The translations under genes were made by a program, and so were the position numbers. Source: an uncultured Collinsella sp. (GTDB lineage Bacteria > Actinomycetota > Coriobacteriia > Coriobacteriales > Coriobacteriaceae). Taken from it: a DNA stretch of 64,000 nucleotides. The DNA lies in the NCBI GenBank assembly GCA_900552895.1, contig USBK01000003.1, forward strand, positions 3,867-67,866. Reading direction: 5' to 3'. How positions within the stretch are numbered: the stretch's first letter is position 1; each line of letters starts with the position of its first letter. This document shows positions 42,482 through 53,984 of the stretch, piece by piece. A model generated the notes under the pieces. It did not search any database, had not been told where the DNA came from, and worked only from the letters and a program-made list of their open reading frames with translations.

Positions 42482-43921
42482 ATGGCAGGTAAATACGACG
42501 ATCTTGCTGCCCAGATCGTAGAGCTAGTTGGCGGCAAGTCCAACGTCAAATGCGTCGCACACTGCATTACCCGCGTTCGTTTTAAGCTCAAGGACGAGTC
42601 GAAGGCCAACGACGAGGCAATCTCTCATCTGCCCAACGTCATCAAGGTCATGCGCGCCAACGGCCAGTACCAGGTTGTTGTGGGCAACATCGTCGAGGAC
42701 GTCTACGATGCCGTCCTCAAGGCCGGCGGTTTTAGCGACGGCGGCGCCGTCGACGCCGATGACGACGAGGCCGCTCCCAAGAGCGCTACCGATGTGATTA
42801 TCGACCTCATCTCGGGCATCTTCGCTCCCATGCTCGGCACCTTCGCCGCCGCCGGTATCATGAAGGGCCTGCTGGCGCTCGCTACCTTCCTGGTCCCGAG
42901 CTTTGCCAACGACGGCGCCTACACGCTGCTCTACACCGTCGCCGATGGCATGTTCTACTTCCTGCCCGTGGTGCTTGGCTACACCGCGGCCAAGAAGTTC
43001 AAGATGAGCGAGTTCAACGGCATGGCCATTGCCTTTGCGCTTGTGTACCCCACCATGGTTGCCCTGACCTCGGGTGAGGTCGTCGGCTCCGTCGAGCTCG
43101 GCTTTGCCGGTACCTTCTCTTGGTACACCACGTTCCTGGGCCTGCCGCTCATCATGCCTGCCTCGGGTTACACCAGCTCCGTTATCCCCATCCTTCTCAT
43201 GGTCTGGTTCGGCTCTACCCTCGAGCACTGGGTTAAGAAGTGGATGCCCGCTTCTATGAAGATGTTCTTCACCCCGCTGATCGTCGTCACCGTTACCGTC
43301 ACCCTTGGCTATCTGGTCATTGGCCCCATCGCCACGCTCATCACCAACCTGCTTGGTGAGTTCTTCGCGCTGCTGTTTGGCCTGCCCATGATCGGCTCCC
43401 TCCTGGGCTGCACCCTCGTCGGTGCCTTCTGGATGTGCCTGGTCATCTTTGGCTTCCACTGGTCGCTCGTGCCCATCGCGCTGGTCAACCTGTCCACTCT
43501 GGGCCACGACTACATCCTGGGCTCCGTTATCGCCCACTCCTTCTCGCTGGGCGCCGTGCTCTTTGCCATGTATCTCAAGAACAAGGACGAGAAGTTCCGC
43601 GGTATTGCGCTGCCGGCCATGATCTCCGCCTTCTTCTTTGGTGTCACCGAGCCCGCTATCTACGGTGTCGCCCTGCCCGATAAGAAGGCCTTCATCAACG
43701 CCAGCATCGGTTCTGCCGTGGGCGGCCTCATCATCGGTATCTCCGGCGCTGTGGTGTACATGTCCGGTGGTCTGGGCGTTTTCAACTGGCTGTCCTTCAT
43801 CGATCCCTCCGGTGTTAACGGCATCAACCACATGATCTGGGCTATCGTTGCCTCGCTCGTGGGTGCCGCCGTGGGCTTCGCGATCGAGTTTGTCACCTAC
43901 AAGCCCGAGGCTGCCAAGTAG
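42482..43921 (+). CDS. PTS beta-glucoside-family EIIBC (no EIIA domain)
   Basis: HCITRVRF EIIB motif, QYQVVVG, FYFLPV, GVTEPAIYG. Confidence 0.93.
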   Translation: MAGKYDDLAAQIVELVGGKSNVKCVAHCITRVRFKLKDESKANDEAISHLPNVIKVMRANGQYQVVVGNIVEDVYDAVLKAGGFSDGGAVDADDDEAAPKSATDVIIDLISGIFAPMLGTFAAAGIMKGLLALATFLVPSFANDGAYTLLYTVADGMFYFLPVVLGYTAAKKFKMSEFNGMAIAFALVYPTMVALTSGEVVGSVELGFAGTFSWYTTFLGLPLIMPASGYTSSVIPILLMVWFGSTLEHWVKKWMPASMKMFFTPLIVVTVTVTLGYLVIGPIATLITNLLGEFFALLFGLPMIGSLLGCTLVGAFWMCLVIFGFHWSLVPIALVNLSTLGHDYILGSVIAHSFSLGAVLFAMYLKNKDEKFRGIALPAMISAFFFGVTEPAIYGVALPDKKAFINASIGSAVGGLIIGISGAVVYMSGGLGVFNWLSFIDPSGVNGINHMIWAIVASLVGAAVGFAIEFVTYKPEAAK

Positions 43922-43945
43922 CCCAAACGACAAAGATTCGGTACC

Positions 43946-43978
43946 AAGCCGGCGGGGGAGCGCCCCGCCGGCTTTTTT
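43946..43978 (+). terminator. Terminator after the PTS gene
   Basis: AAGCCGGCGGGG / CCCCGCCGGCTT plus T run. Confidence 0.8.
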
Positions 43979-44020
43979 CAAATGGACGAGGGGTCCCGCA
44001 CAGGCGTCGATAGAGGCCTC

Positions 44021-45726
<1,706 letters not shown>

Positions 45727-45753
45727 CCAAGTCTCAACCAGCGTAAACGTCGC

Positions 45754-45790
45754 AACCACCACAAAGGGGCCAGGCACCTTTGTGGTGGTT
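45754..45790. repeat. Family B palindrome
   Basis: AACCACCACAAAGG-GGCCAGGCA-CCTTTGTGGTGGTT. Confidence 0.88.
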
Positions 45791-45962
45791 TTTGCTTTGG
45801 TGGATGTGTGGGACATGCCTTACAATCTACCAAGTAGTTCATGACGGGCGAAAAACGGAGAGAAGGGGCTTGATGCGTCCTTAATGTTTCAAGCGGATAG
45901 ATTGATTCGATAGACGGTGGCGAATGCCCGCCGTCCGCATTCGTACGATACAAGGAGTCTTC

Positions 45963-47243
45963 ATGCTCGCCCCTCTTTTCTCAAAGCCTCAATCATCGCT
46001 GTCCGCGCAGGCCAAGCGCCTGGTGGCGATGCGCTTTCTCATCTACACCGGTTTTCAGGCCAGCTACTTTATCGGCGTCATCGGAACGCTCACCTATGCG
46101 GACGATGCCTCGGTCGTCGCGACATCGCTGGCCGTTCTGTTTATGAACGTTTTCGTGATCCTGGGATCCTTTGCGGGCGGCGCTGCGCTCGACGCATGGG
46201 GTCCGCGCCTCCATTTCTTGCTGAGCATCATCGGCGCTCTCGCAACTGGCACGGCAATCATCGCCTTTGGTAGCGCGACCGGCGTCGTCCTGCTCGGCGC
46301 GGTGTTTCTGGGCTTTGTGATGGGATTCGCCCAGCCCATCGCCACATCCTATCCGGCTTACCTCACCGACGATCCTGTCGAGCTCAAAGACATCAACTCC
46401 ACCATCGCCATGTTTTCAAACGTGAGTATCATCGTTGGCCCCACGCTGGGCGGCTTTGTCGCGGCTGCTGCGTCGTCGCGCGCGGTGTTCGTGCTCATGA
46501 TGCTCTTTACCGTGCTGGCGCTCGTCGCCGGCTGGGGCTTTAGGCCGCAGACCAGCCATGTCGCCGGGCATGCGGATGCCGATTCGGCAGAGGAAGGGGA
46601 GTGTGCGGGACAAAGCTCCAACCCCAGCACGTCCGCCCGTGCCACCTTCGCAGCCAGCATCAAGACAGTCTTCACCAACAGCGTCCTCGCGCTACTTTTC
46701 TGCATCATTTTTCTTTCGAACTTTGGCTACGGTGCCTTCGATCCGCTGGAGTCGTTCTTCTACCGCGATGTCCTGCACGTCGGCGTTGAGTGGATGGGCT
46801 GGCTTTCGTCTGCCTGCGGTGTGGGCGCGGTGCTGGGCGCCATGGTTGCGCTCCGTTTGCCGCCGCACTTGGTCAACCTCAAAACGCTGCTCGTGGCGCT
46901 TATGTCCGTGGGCTTGGGAAGTCTGCTCTATGTGGGGACGTCGTACGTGGGTGTGGCCCTTGTCGGCCAAATCGCCCTGGGCATAGCTTGGGGCATCGTC
47001 AACCCGCTCCACAACACCATTGTGCAAACGACGGCTCCGCTCGAGCAGCTTGGTCGCGTGAACTCGGTCATGGGCTTTGGCAATATGTTCGCCGGCGTGG
47101 CGCCGCTGGCGATTGCCCCGTGGCTGGCGGCGACGTTTGGTGTGCAGCAGACGCTCGTTGGTGCGGGCATGGTCGTGACGGCGGTTCCCGCGGCACTGCT
47201 GCTGTTTGGACGCCGACATTTTGATCGTGCCGCAAGGCAGTAA
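45963..47243 (+). CDS. MFS transporter (DHA3/MefA-like)
   Basis: About 12 hydrophobic segments, GAALDAWGPR motif A variant, IVGPTLGG, LGRVNS. Confidence 0.85.
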   Translation: MLAPLFSKPQSSLSAQAKRLVAMRFLIYTGFQASYFIGVIGTLTYADDASVVATSLAVLFMNVFVILGSFAGGAALDAWGPRLHFLLSIIGALATGTAIIAFGSATGVVLLGAVFLGFVMGFAQPIATSYPAYLTDDPVELKDINSTIAMFSNVSIIVGPTLGGFVAAAASSRAVFVLMMLFTVLALVAGWGFRPQTSHVAGHADADSAEEGECAGQSSNPSTSARATFAASIKTVFTNSVLALLFCIIFLSNFGYGAFDPLESFFYRDVLHVGVEWMGWLSSACGVGAVLGAMVALRLPPHLVNLKTLLVALMSVGLGSLLYVGTSYVGVALVGQIALGIAWGIVNPLHNTIVQTTAPLEQLGRVNSVMGFGNMFAGVAPLAIAPWLAATFGVQQTLVGAGMVVTAVPAALLLFGRRHFDRAARQ

Positions 47244-47372
47244 AAACCATCACAACATTCGATGAAAATTGCGATTTTGCCGAAAAACGTCGAATGTTGT
47301 GATGTTTTGCACCTCGGGCCAGGCCACCCTTCTGGTCCGGCCACCACAAAGGGGCTAGGCCCTTTGTGGTGG
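47244..47372. repeat. Family A palindrome copy 3 (47244-47307) and family B copy (47341-47372)
   Basis: AAACCATCACAACATTCGA...TCGAATGTTGTGATG; CCACCACAAAGGGGCTAGGCCCTTTGTGGTGG. Confidence 0.88.
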
Positions 47373-47466
47373 TTTTTGCTTTGGCAGGCCGCGCCTGCGC
47401 CTTGGTATACCATGTACGCCGCTCACGACCACACCCCACACCGCCGCACAACCCAGAAAGGCCCCC

Positions 47467-48288
47467 ATGGACACTACCTTCAGCCACATCAAAGCCGTGT
47501 TCTGCGATATCGACGGCACACTGCTCACGAGCCAGCACACGGTGTCCCCGCGCACCGTGGCGGCGATCCGCGCCCTGCGCGAGCGCGGTGTGCTCTTTGG
47601 CCTGTGCACCGGGCGCGACGCCCACGCGACCGAGGCCATGTACGAGCTCTGGGGCATCGAAGGCCTGGTGGACGTGCTCGTGGGCTGCGGTGGCGCCGAG
47701 GTCATCGACCGCGCGCACGACATCAACGAGCTGAGCTATCCGCTGCCGGGCGAGACCATCGCGCGCATCTGCAAGCACATGGCGGACCTTCCGGCAACAC
47801 CCGTCTGCCCCCGAGACGGCGTGTTCTACGTGCCCGAGAGCAACGCGTGCGTCGAGCACCTGTCACGCGTCGACGGCGTGCCCTACCAGGTGGTCGATTT
47901 TGCCGAGTTCTTGCGCGAGCCGCAGCCCAAGGTGATGTTTACCATGGCGCCCGAGGTAATGCCGCGGGTGATTGAGCGGGCGTCGACGTTTGCCGATGAC
48001 ACTGTTAAGGCGGCGGCTCTGCAAACCACGCAGCGGCTCTACGAGTTCATGGATCCGCACGTGTCCAAGACGCGCGGCCTTGTGCGTGTGGCGGAGCTCA
48101 ACGGCATGGAGCTCCAGAACATCTGCGTGTTTGGCGATGCCGATAACGACACCTGCATGGTGGCTGACGCCGGCGTGGGCGTGGCCATGGCAAACGGCAG
48201 CGACGCCACCCGCGCCGCCGCCGATTTTGTAACCGCCAGCAACGACGAAGACGGCATCGCGATCTTTATCGAGGAGCATCTGCTGTAG
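47467..48288 (+). CDS. Cof-type HAD-IIB hydrolase
   Basis: DIDGTLL, CTGR, VSK, FGDADND, GVAMANG. Confidence 0.93.
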   Translation: MDTTFSHIKAVFCDIDGTLLTSQHTVSPRTVAAIRALRERGVLFGLCTGRDAHATEAMYELWGIEGLVDVLVGCGGAEVIDRAHDINELSYPLPGETIARICKHMADLPATPVCPRDGVFYVPESNACVEHLSRVDGVPYQVVDFAEFLREPQPKVMFTMAPEVMPRVIERASTFADDTVKAAALQTTQRLYEFMDPHVSKTRGLVRVAELNGMELQNICVFGDADNDTCMVADAGVGVAMANGSDATRAAADFVTASNDEDGIAIFIEEHLL

Positions 48289-48300
48289 CGCCGGGGGAGA

Positions 48301-48335
48301 GCCACCGCAAAGGGGGCAGGCGCCTTTGCGGTGGC
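48301..48335. repeat. Family B palindrome at the left border of the pilus island
   Basis: GCCACCGCAAAGG-GGGCAGGCG-CCTTTGCGGTGGC; AT-rich DNA begins just after. Confidence 0.85.
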
Positions 48336-48793
48336 CTCAGGCGATTTGGTCGAATTGATACCTAAAATCTGTGTGAAAATTCAAATATGGTTGTCTGAAC
48401 AACATGCTTCTAACCACCGATGGGTTTTTAGATATTCTCATCAATTTGGTAGGATATTCATCCCGGTTAATGACCCCCGCTCACGGTCGATTTCCGACCG
48501 TTCACAGGATGTTTGCTCTTGAGCAAAATGTTGTGCAAATAAATCTAATGCCATTAAAAAATAATAGGCAACTAAATTACCAGCAGAAACAAAAAATAGA
48601 TAGCGAATAAACGAAGGCAAATCCGAGCAATTGTCAAGAGAATTGAGAACTCACTACAAAACTATCGGTTTTTGTTGCTCAGATGTTTAAACAATCGTTA
48701 TAATTGCATTACTAAACGAGCGCAATTACAGATTGCGCAGATACGTTTGATAGGGAAAGAGCAAGATCGCGGTCTCTTGGGGAGGAGACATCG

Positions 48794-51700
48794 ATGAAAG
48801 CGAATTCAGACAAATCTAAGCAGAGTAATAAAGCGACGCGCCGTGTACTGGCAGGCGTTTTGTGCGGAGCCTCCGTGTTGAGCCTGGTGCTGTCGCTCGT
48901 CATGCCCCCGATCTCGCAGGCCATTGCCAACGATGTCCAGACGGTTTCTACTGAGGAAACTGTAATGGGGGGGGGTTCCTCAAGTGAGTCTACTGATGTA
49001 GAAAACACCAACAACGGGGATACCGAAAACCAGAATAGTGACGACGCCGAGGCCGATGAGACTGGCTCTTCAAATGACGTTGAGCAGAATCAGGCTGAGG
49101 ATCAACCTGAGGGTACGCTGCAGGTCGAAGATAACGAGCCGGCAGATGGTAACGCTGTGATGGCGGCCACGGAAGGCGAGCAAACCGAAGCGGCGCCCGA
49201 CGAGATAAAAAACGTTGACGATTTAAAAACCAAGTTGGCGAATGCAAGCGGTGTTGCTAGCTTCAAGCTTATGAATGATGTCGAGACCGGCGAGACAATC
49301 ACGCTTAGCAAGGACGGCAGCAAAATCACGCTAGATCTAAACGGCCATAAGATTAAGCATACGAGTTCAAATCAGCCTCTGTTCAATATCACCGGCGGTG
49401 CGACGCTGACCGTCAAGGACGGCCAGCAAGCTGCCGCAAAAGAGATCCAGGCTAATCAAGAAAACAAATGTGGCAATCTCGCTTCAATGGAGTACGGCGA
49501 TTCTAACATCCCGACCAAGCTTACCTATTACGTAACCGAATCGGTCGCAAGCGGAACCGTTACAAACGAAACTCTTAAAGCGTATGAGGCTGGTATCAAG
49601 GGTGCCATTGTGGCTTGCAGTGATACCAAAGCTCCTGGGTTAAGGCTCGTCAACCTTTTCAATGGCGGCCACTTTAATTTTGAAAGCGGAGTGCTCACGC
49701 AAAAGAAAGATGGCCAAATCGGCAACCTCATCTATGCCGAGAACGGCTCTACTGTCAACATGAGCGGCGGATACGTTTGCGGCGCTTCCGGTTCGGGTGA
49801 CGGCGCGGGCATTATGGTATCCAACGAGAAGGGCGTCGCCTCGACCCTTAAACTGACTGGCGGCGTAATTGCCGGCAACAGCGCTTATAGTGGCGGTGGT
49901 GTGTATGCCCGTTATTCCGAGGTCACCATAACTAATGGCATAATCTCCGGTAATAGCACACTCAACGCGGGACTCGGTGGCGGCATTATGGCCAAGGGCG
50001 GCATCGTGACCGTTTCTGGTGGCTATATCACGAATAATAGAATGGTTCAGTTCTGCGGCCACGATGGCTGGGGTGACCATGGCGGCGCTGGGCTTGCTGC
50101 CAATAACGGCGCCCATGTCACCATTTCCGGTGGCCAGATTACTGGCAATTATTCTGAAGAAGCTGGTGGTGGCGTTTACGTTACCGATCTTGGTCGAGAC
50201 GGTTCTCGCAAGGATATGGCATGGCTCAACATTACGGGAGGAATTATTGCCTCTAACGTGAGCTTCCGATCTGAGGGCGCTGGTATCCGCGTTGGCCAGA
50301 TGGTCGATGCGATGATTAACGGCACTGAAGGCAATAAAGTCTATATCACTAACAATTACTGCATGTCTCGCTTTGACTGGGGCGGCGGCGGCATCTTTGT
50401 CCAGGGAAACTCGAATGCGGGTAAGGAATATACTGCTGGTAGATTATTTGTATACAACTCGTACATTAGCAGCAATACCGCCGGTGGCTATGGTGGTGGC
50501 GTTGCAGTCTGCCCGACGGGCAAGACGCTGGTGACGAACACTGACGGCACTGCAATCTTTGGCAATATATCTGCTGGCAATGAGCAAAATGCTGATGGCG
50601 ATGAGCAGAATGCCAACGGTTACGATCCGGCAACTAACAGTGGTAATGAAGGCAAGCCCCATCTTTCAAGTGGCGGTAGCGAAAAGAATCAAGATCAAGA
50701 TGCATACAACTCGGAGAAGTTCCGCAAGAACGGCCATGCCGATTTCTTCCTTGCGGCAAAGGATGGCCATAAGGAACCGCTTGCGGCAATAATCGGCAAG
50801 ATGCTCGGCGGCGGAGACGCCAAGTATTCGGGAAGCAAAGAGCTCAATGAAGCTATAAAAATTCCTGCCGATGGCGGCGTGCAGATTTATCGGAGTATCG
50901 GATTGACTTCGGATGTTCATGTTGGCGACGCTGAAGCAAATAATGCACAGGCGGCTGCTACAACCTTCATCACGGGCAACTATTCCTGGGACCATGGCGG
51001 CGGCATCATGTCGAACGGCGACCTGTACCTAGGCGTGCCTGCGGATACGTACGTCTACCCAAGCCTTAAGCTAAAGGCGTCAAAGGCGCTGAAAAATAAG
51101 CAAACCGAAAAAGAAGAAATGCTCACAAAAGATCAGTTTTCTTTCGCGGTTTATCGCAAGGATTCGGATACTGCGACGGCGCCTTCTTGGAAAAATGACT
51201 CTTTCAGCGATGGTGACTGCACCTTAGTCGGGTCTGCCAAGAATGACGCTGAAGGTAACATTACGTTTGACCTTGGTGAACAGTTCGTAGATAAGACTGT
51301 TGTGGCTAACAAGATTACATACTACTTGGTCGAACAGACCGGTGGAGACTCTGACATTGAGTACGACCACACTGTGTACGAGATCGAGGTGCAGCTCACG
51401 GACAACGAAACTTTGCTCATGAATGTGCCGAAGAAGGATGATTCAAGTCAGAACGTTCCGCTTTACGTCCATAACTATACGATTACAAGCGTGAGTGCGA
51501 CCGGGCGCTCCGGAGATACAACAAAAGCGCTGGGCACTATGGAAAGAGACAGCGAAGGCTATTATTCGATTATCGACTCCAACGCGGGAAAGACCTTCAC
51601 CAACAAGTACACTCCGTACACCTCCAGCGGCTCCTGGACTCCCAGGGCGACTAAGGTCGTTAAGGGTGGCGAGATGAAGGAGTTTACGCTCGAGTTTGCG

Positions 51701-52213
51701 GATAATCTGGCCTTCGAGAAAGCCAAGACGGTAAAGACTCAGATTGATGGTGACAAGACTCAGACGCTACCGTTTGAAGCAGTCAACTATGAGTTGAAAC
51801 AGCTCGAGGGCGGGGGCACCACCGGCCGTGGCGCTTCCAAGACCTTCACGTACTATGTGCGCGAGAAGGATGAGAGTTCGCTTTTCTCGCACTACAAGTT
51901 CGACAAGTCGGTCTACAAGCTTACGGTTGTTGCAACGGACAATACCAAAGGAACCATCAACTGTAAGGTGACCTACAGGAAGGGAACCGTTGGCTCCGAT
52001 GGCAAGTGGAAAGATGCTGATGGCGCCGACCACGAGCTCACCGACACTGACACCCCCACCTTCACCAACACCTACTCCACTTCTTTGCCCCTTTCCGGTA
52101 TGTCGGGCGTCACTCTGACGTACCTTGCCGGCGCGGCGGTGCTTTGCGCTGCTGCGGCCTGGATGCACGTTCGTCGCAAGGCGAGCGCGAAGGGAGGCGA
52201 GCGTCGTGAATAA
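48794..52213 (+). CDS. Large sortase-anchored adhesin / tip pilin
   Basis: Signal peptide, Gly-rich GN.A..GGGV repeats (beta-helix-like), two FctA/Spy0128-like domains ending FTNKY/FTNTY, LPLSG plus TM and basic tail. Confidence 0.85.
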   Translation: MKANSDKSKQSNKATRRVLAGVLCGASVLSLVLSLVMPPISQAIANDVQTVSTEETVMGGGSSSESTDVENTNNGDTENQNSDDAEADETGSSNDVEQNQAEDQPEGTLQVEDNEPADGNAVMAATEGEQTEAAPDEIKNVDDLKTKLANASGVASFKLMNDVETGETITLSKDGSKITLDLNGHKIKHTSSNQPLFNITGGATLTVKDGQQAAAKEIQANQENKCGNLASMEYGDSNIPTKLTYYVTESVASGTVTNETLKAYEAGIKGAIVACSDTKAPGLRLVNLFNGGHFNFESGVLTQKKDGQIGNLIYAENGSTVNMSGGYVCGASGSGDGAGIMVSNEKGVASTLKLTGGVIAGNSAYSGGGVYARYSEVTITNGIISGNSTLNAGLGGGIMAKGGIVTVSGGYITNNRMVQFCGHDGWGDHGGAGLAANNGAHVTISGGQITGNYSEEAGGGVYVTDLGRDGSRKDMAWLNITGGIIASNVSFRSEGAGIRVGQMVDAMINGTEGNKVYITNNYCMSRFDWGGGGIFVQGNSNAGKEYTAGRLFVYNSYISSNTAGGYGGGVAVCPTGKTLVTNTDGTAIFGNISAGNEQNADGDEQNANGYDPATNSGNEGKPHLSSGGSEKNQDQDAYNSEKFRKNGHADFFLAAKDGHKEPLAAIIGKMLGGGDAKYSGSKELNEAIKIPADGGVQIYRSIGLTSDVHVGDAEANNAQAAATTFITGNYSWDHGGGIMSNGDLYLGVPADTYVYPSLKLKASKALKNKQTEKEEMLTKDQFSFAVYRKDSDTATAPSWKNDSFSDGDCTLVGSAKNDAEGNITFDLGEQFVDKTVVANKITYYLVEQTGGDSDIEYDHTVYEIEVQLTDNETLLMNVPKKDDSSQNVPLYVHNYTITSVSATGRSGDTTKALGTMERDSEGYYSIIDSNAGKTFTNKYTPYTSSGSWTPRATKVVKGGEMKEFTLEFADNLAFEKAKTVKTQIDGDKTQTLPFEAVNYELKQLEGGGTTGRGASKTFTYYVREKDESSLFSHYKFDKSVYKLTVVATDNTKGTINCKVTYRKGTVGSDGKWKDADGADHELTDTDTPTFTNTYSTSLPLSGMSGVTLTYLAGAAVLCAAAAWMHVRRKASAKGGERRE

Positions 52214-53876
52214 GAAAGTTTGCTCCTTCCCGATCTTGTTTGCGCTGCTTGCCCTCCTGATTGGCACCTGCGCGGTTGTGTTCCCCGCATCCGCGCAGGC
52301 CGCGCCGACCTCGACCGGTTCCATTACGGTGAGCGGCACCGTGGCGCGCAGCTACGACGCCTACCAGATCTTTAGCGCCAACGTCGTCGACGGTGACAGC
52401 GACGCCAAGACCTTCACCGACCTTGCCTGGGCAAGCGACGCCGCGCGCGACGCCGTCCTGCCCGTGCTGCACAGCGCCGGCATGCCCAATTCCCAGACCA
52501 CCGCGCAGGAAGCTGCCGAGTGGCTCAACGCCGATTCCCACCTTACGAGCGCGCTGAGCGCACAGCTCGCTCGTTCCCTCCAGAGCTCTGGCGTCGTGTT
52601 CGTGGCCCTTAACGCGGGCACGGAGGCCAAGCTGCCCTGCGGCTACTGGCTCATCGTCGCCGACGACGACGCCATCGCCCAGGGCGAGGCCGACACCGCG
52701 CCGATCATGGCCCTGGTCGGCGGCAGCGCCGTCACCGTCAAGCCCAAGGCGGCGACCCCCAAGGTGTCCAAGCACGTGCTGGAGGACAGCACCGCCGCCT
52801 GGCAGAAGGCCGCCGACGCCACGGTTGCCGACGACCTGTACTGGCGCCTCTCTGCCACGGTCCCGGCGGGTCTTACCGCCTACGACACCTATACGGTGCG
52901 GTTCGTCGACACCATGAGCGCGGGGCTCGACCCCTCCAAGGTGGCCGCGAGCATGCGCGTGTACGTGGCGGCGGGCGCGGACGGCGGCTTTGATGCGGCC
53001 CAGACCGACAAGGACGGCCACGCCGGCACCGAGCCCGCGAAGGGCTGGACCGATATCACGGCCCAGTGCGCCACCAAGGTAGCGGCGGACGGCAAGACCT
53101 TCACCGTGCGCACCGGCGACCTGATCGCCGCGCTCGGCGGGGCCGACGCCTTCGCCGCGGGCGCCCGCGTGGTCGCCGTGTACAACGCGCCGCTCAACAG
53201 CGCGTGCAACCACGGCATCGCGAAGGGCAACCCCAACGAGGTCTACCTGCGCTACCCGCGCTCTCCCTTGGCCGATCAGTCCGGCGGGGCCGGCTTCACC
53301 CGCACGCCGAGCGATGATGCGACTGCCTACACCTGGGACCTCGCGCTCACCAAGCGCAGCAGCAACGGCGACAAGCCGCTGCCCGGGGCGGTCCTGAGCA
53401 TCACCGACGACCGCGGTCGCACGCTGGCGGCCAATGGCACCTGGGATGCGGAGGGCAAGGCCACCGTCACCACGGGCGAGGACGGCCGCGTGACCGTCTC
53501 GGGCGTGGACTCGGGCAAGCTGGAGGTCCGCGAGCTCAAGGCGCCCAAGGGCTACACCGCCTTTGAGGGCACGCGCTCCGTGACAGTCAAGGCCGAGGGC
53601 CTGGACGTCGACCAGGTGGCCGCCGCCAAGCCCAAACTCACCATCACGGCCGAGTCGCCCCTGCGCGCCGACAGCGCGGACGGGTCGACGGGCAGCCTGG
53701 AGGCGTCGCTCATCAACACGCCCACCGGCACACCCCCTAGCATTACCACCGGAGGCTTTATGCCCTCGACTGGCGATATGGCAATGTACGCCGCGGCCGC
53801 CGCAGCGGTCGCCGGAGCCGCGCTCATCGTGGTCGCGCTCCTGGTCAAGCGGGGAGGTGGCAGCCATAAAGAGTAG
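52206..53876 (+). CDS. Isopeptide-domain pilin (ancillary/basal)
   Basis: GTG start overlapping the upstream stop; AYQIF, KPKAATPKVSK, FVDTMSAGL, E-box VRELKAPKGY, MPSTG anchor. Confidence 0.85.
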   Translation: MNKKVCSFPILFALLALLIGTCAVVFPASAQAAPTSTGSITVSGTVARSYDAYQIFSANVVDGDSDAKTFTDLAWASDAARDAVLPVLHSAGMPNSQTTAQEAAEWLNADSHLTSALSAQLARSLQSSGVVFVALNAGTEAKLPCGYWLIVADDDAIAQGEADTAPIMALVGGSAVTVKPKAATPKVSKHVLEDSTAAWQKAADATVADDLYWRLSATVPAGLTAYDTYTVRFVDTMSAGLDPSKVAASMRVYVAAGADGGFDAAQTDKDGHAGTEPAKGWTDITAQCATKVAADGKTFTVRTGDLIAALGGADAFAAGARVVAVYNAPLNSACNHGIAKGNPNEVYLRYPRSPLADQSGGAGFTRTPSDDATAYTWDLALTKRSSNGDKPLPGAVLSITDDRGRTLAANGTWDAEGKATVTTGEDGRVTVSGVDSGKLEVRELKAPKGYTAFEGTRSVTVKAEGLDVDQVAAAKPKLTITAESPLRADSADGSTGSLEASLINTPTGTPPSITTGGFMPSTGDMAMYAAAAAAVAGAALIVVALLVKRGGGSHKE

Positions 53877-53984
53877 CTGGCAGCCCCACAGAGAGCGGGG
53901 CGAGACGTAACGAAGTAGATGCTAAGACACAGACAGACGATGACCAATCGAATGAGAACCAACCGGAAAATGGAGGAAAAGAAG

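Noticed and set aside
48336..48793. Small ORFs in the AT-rich pilus upstream region
   Set aside because: Short, with no convincing RBS or motifs; more plausibly a promoter or regulatory region.
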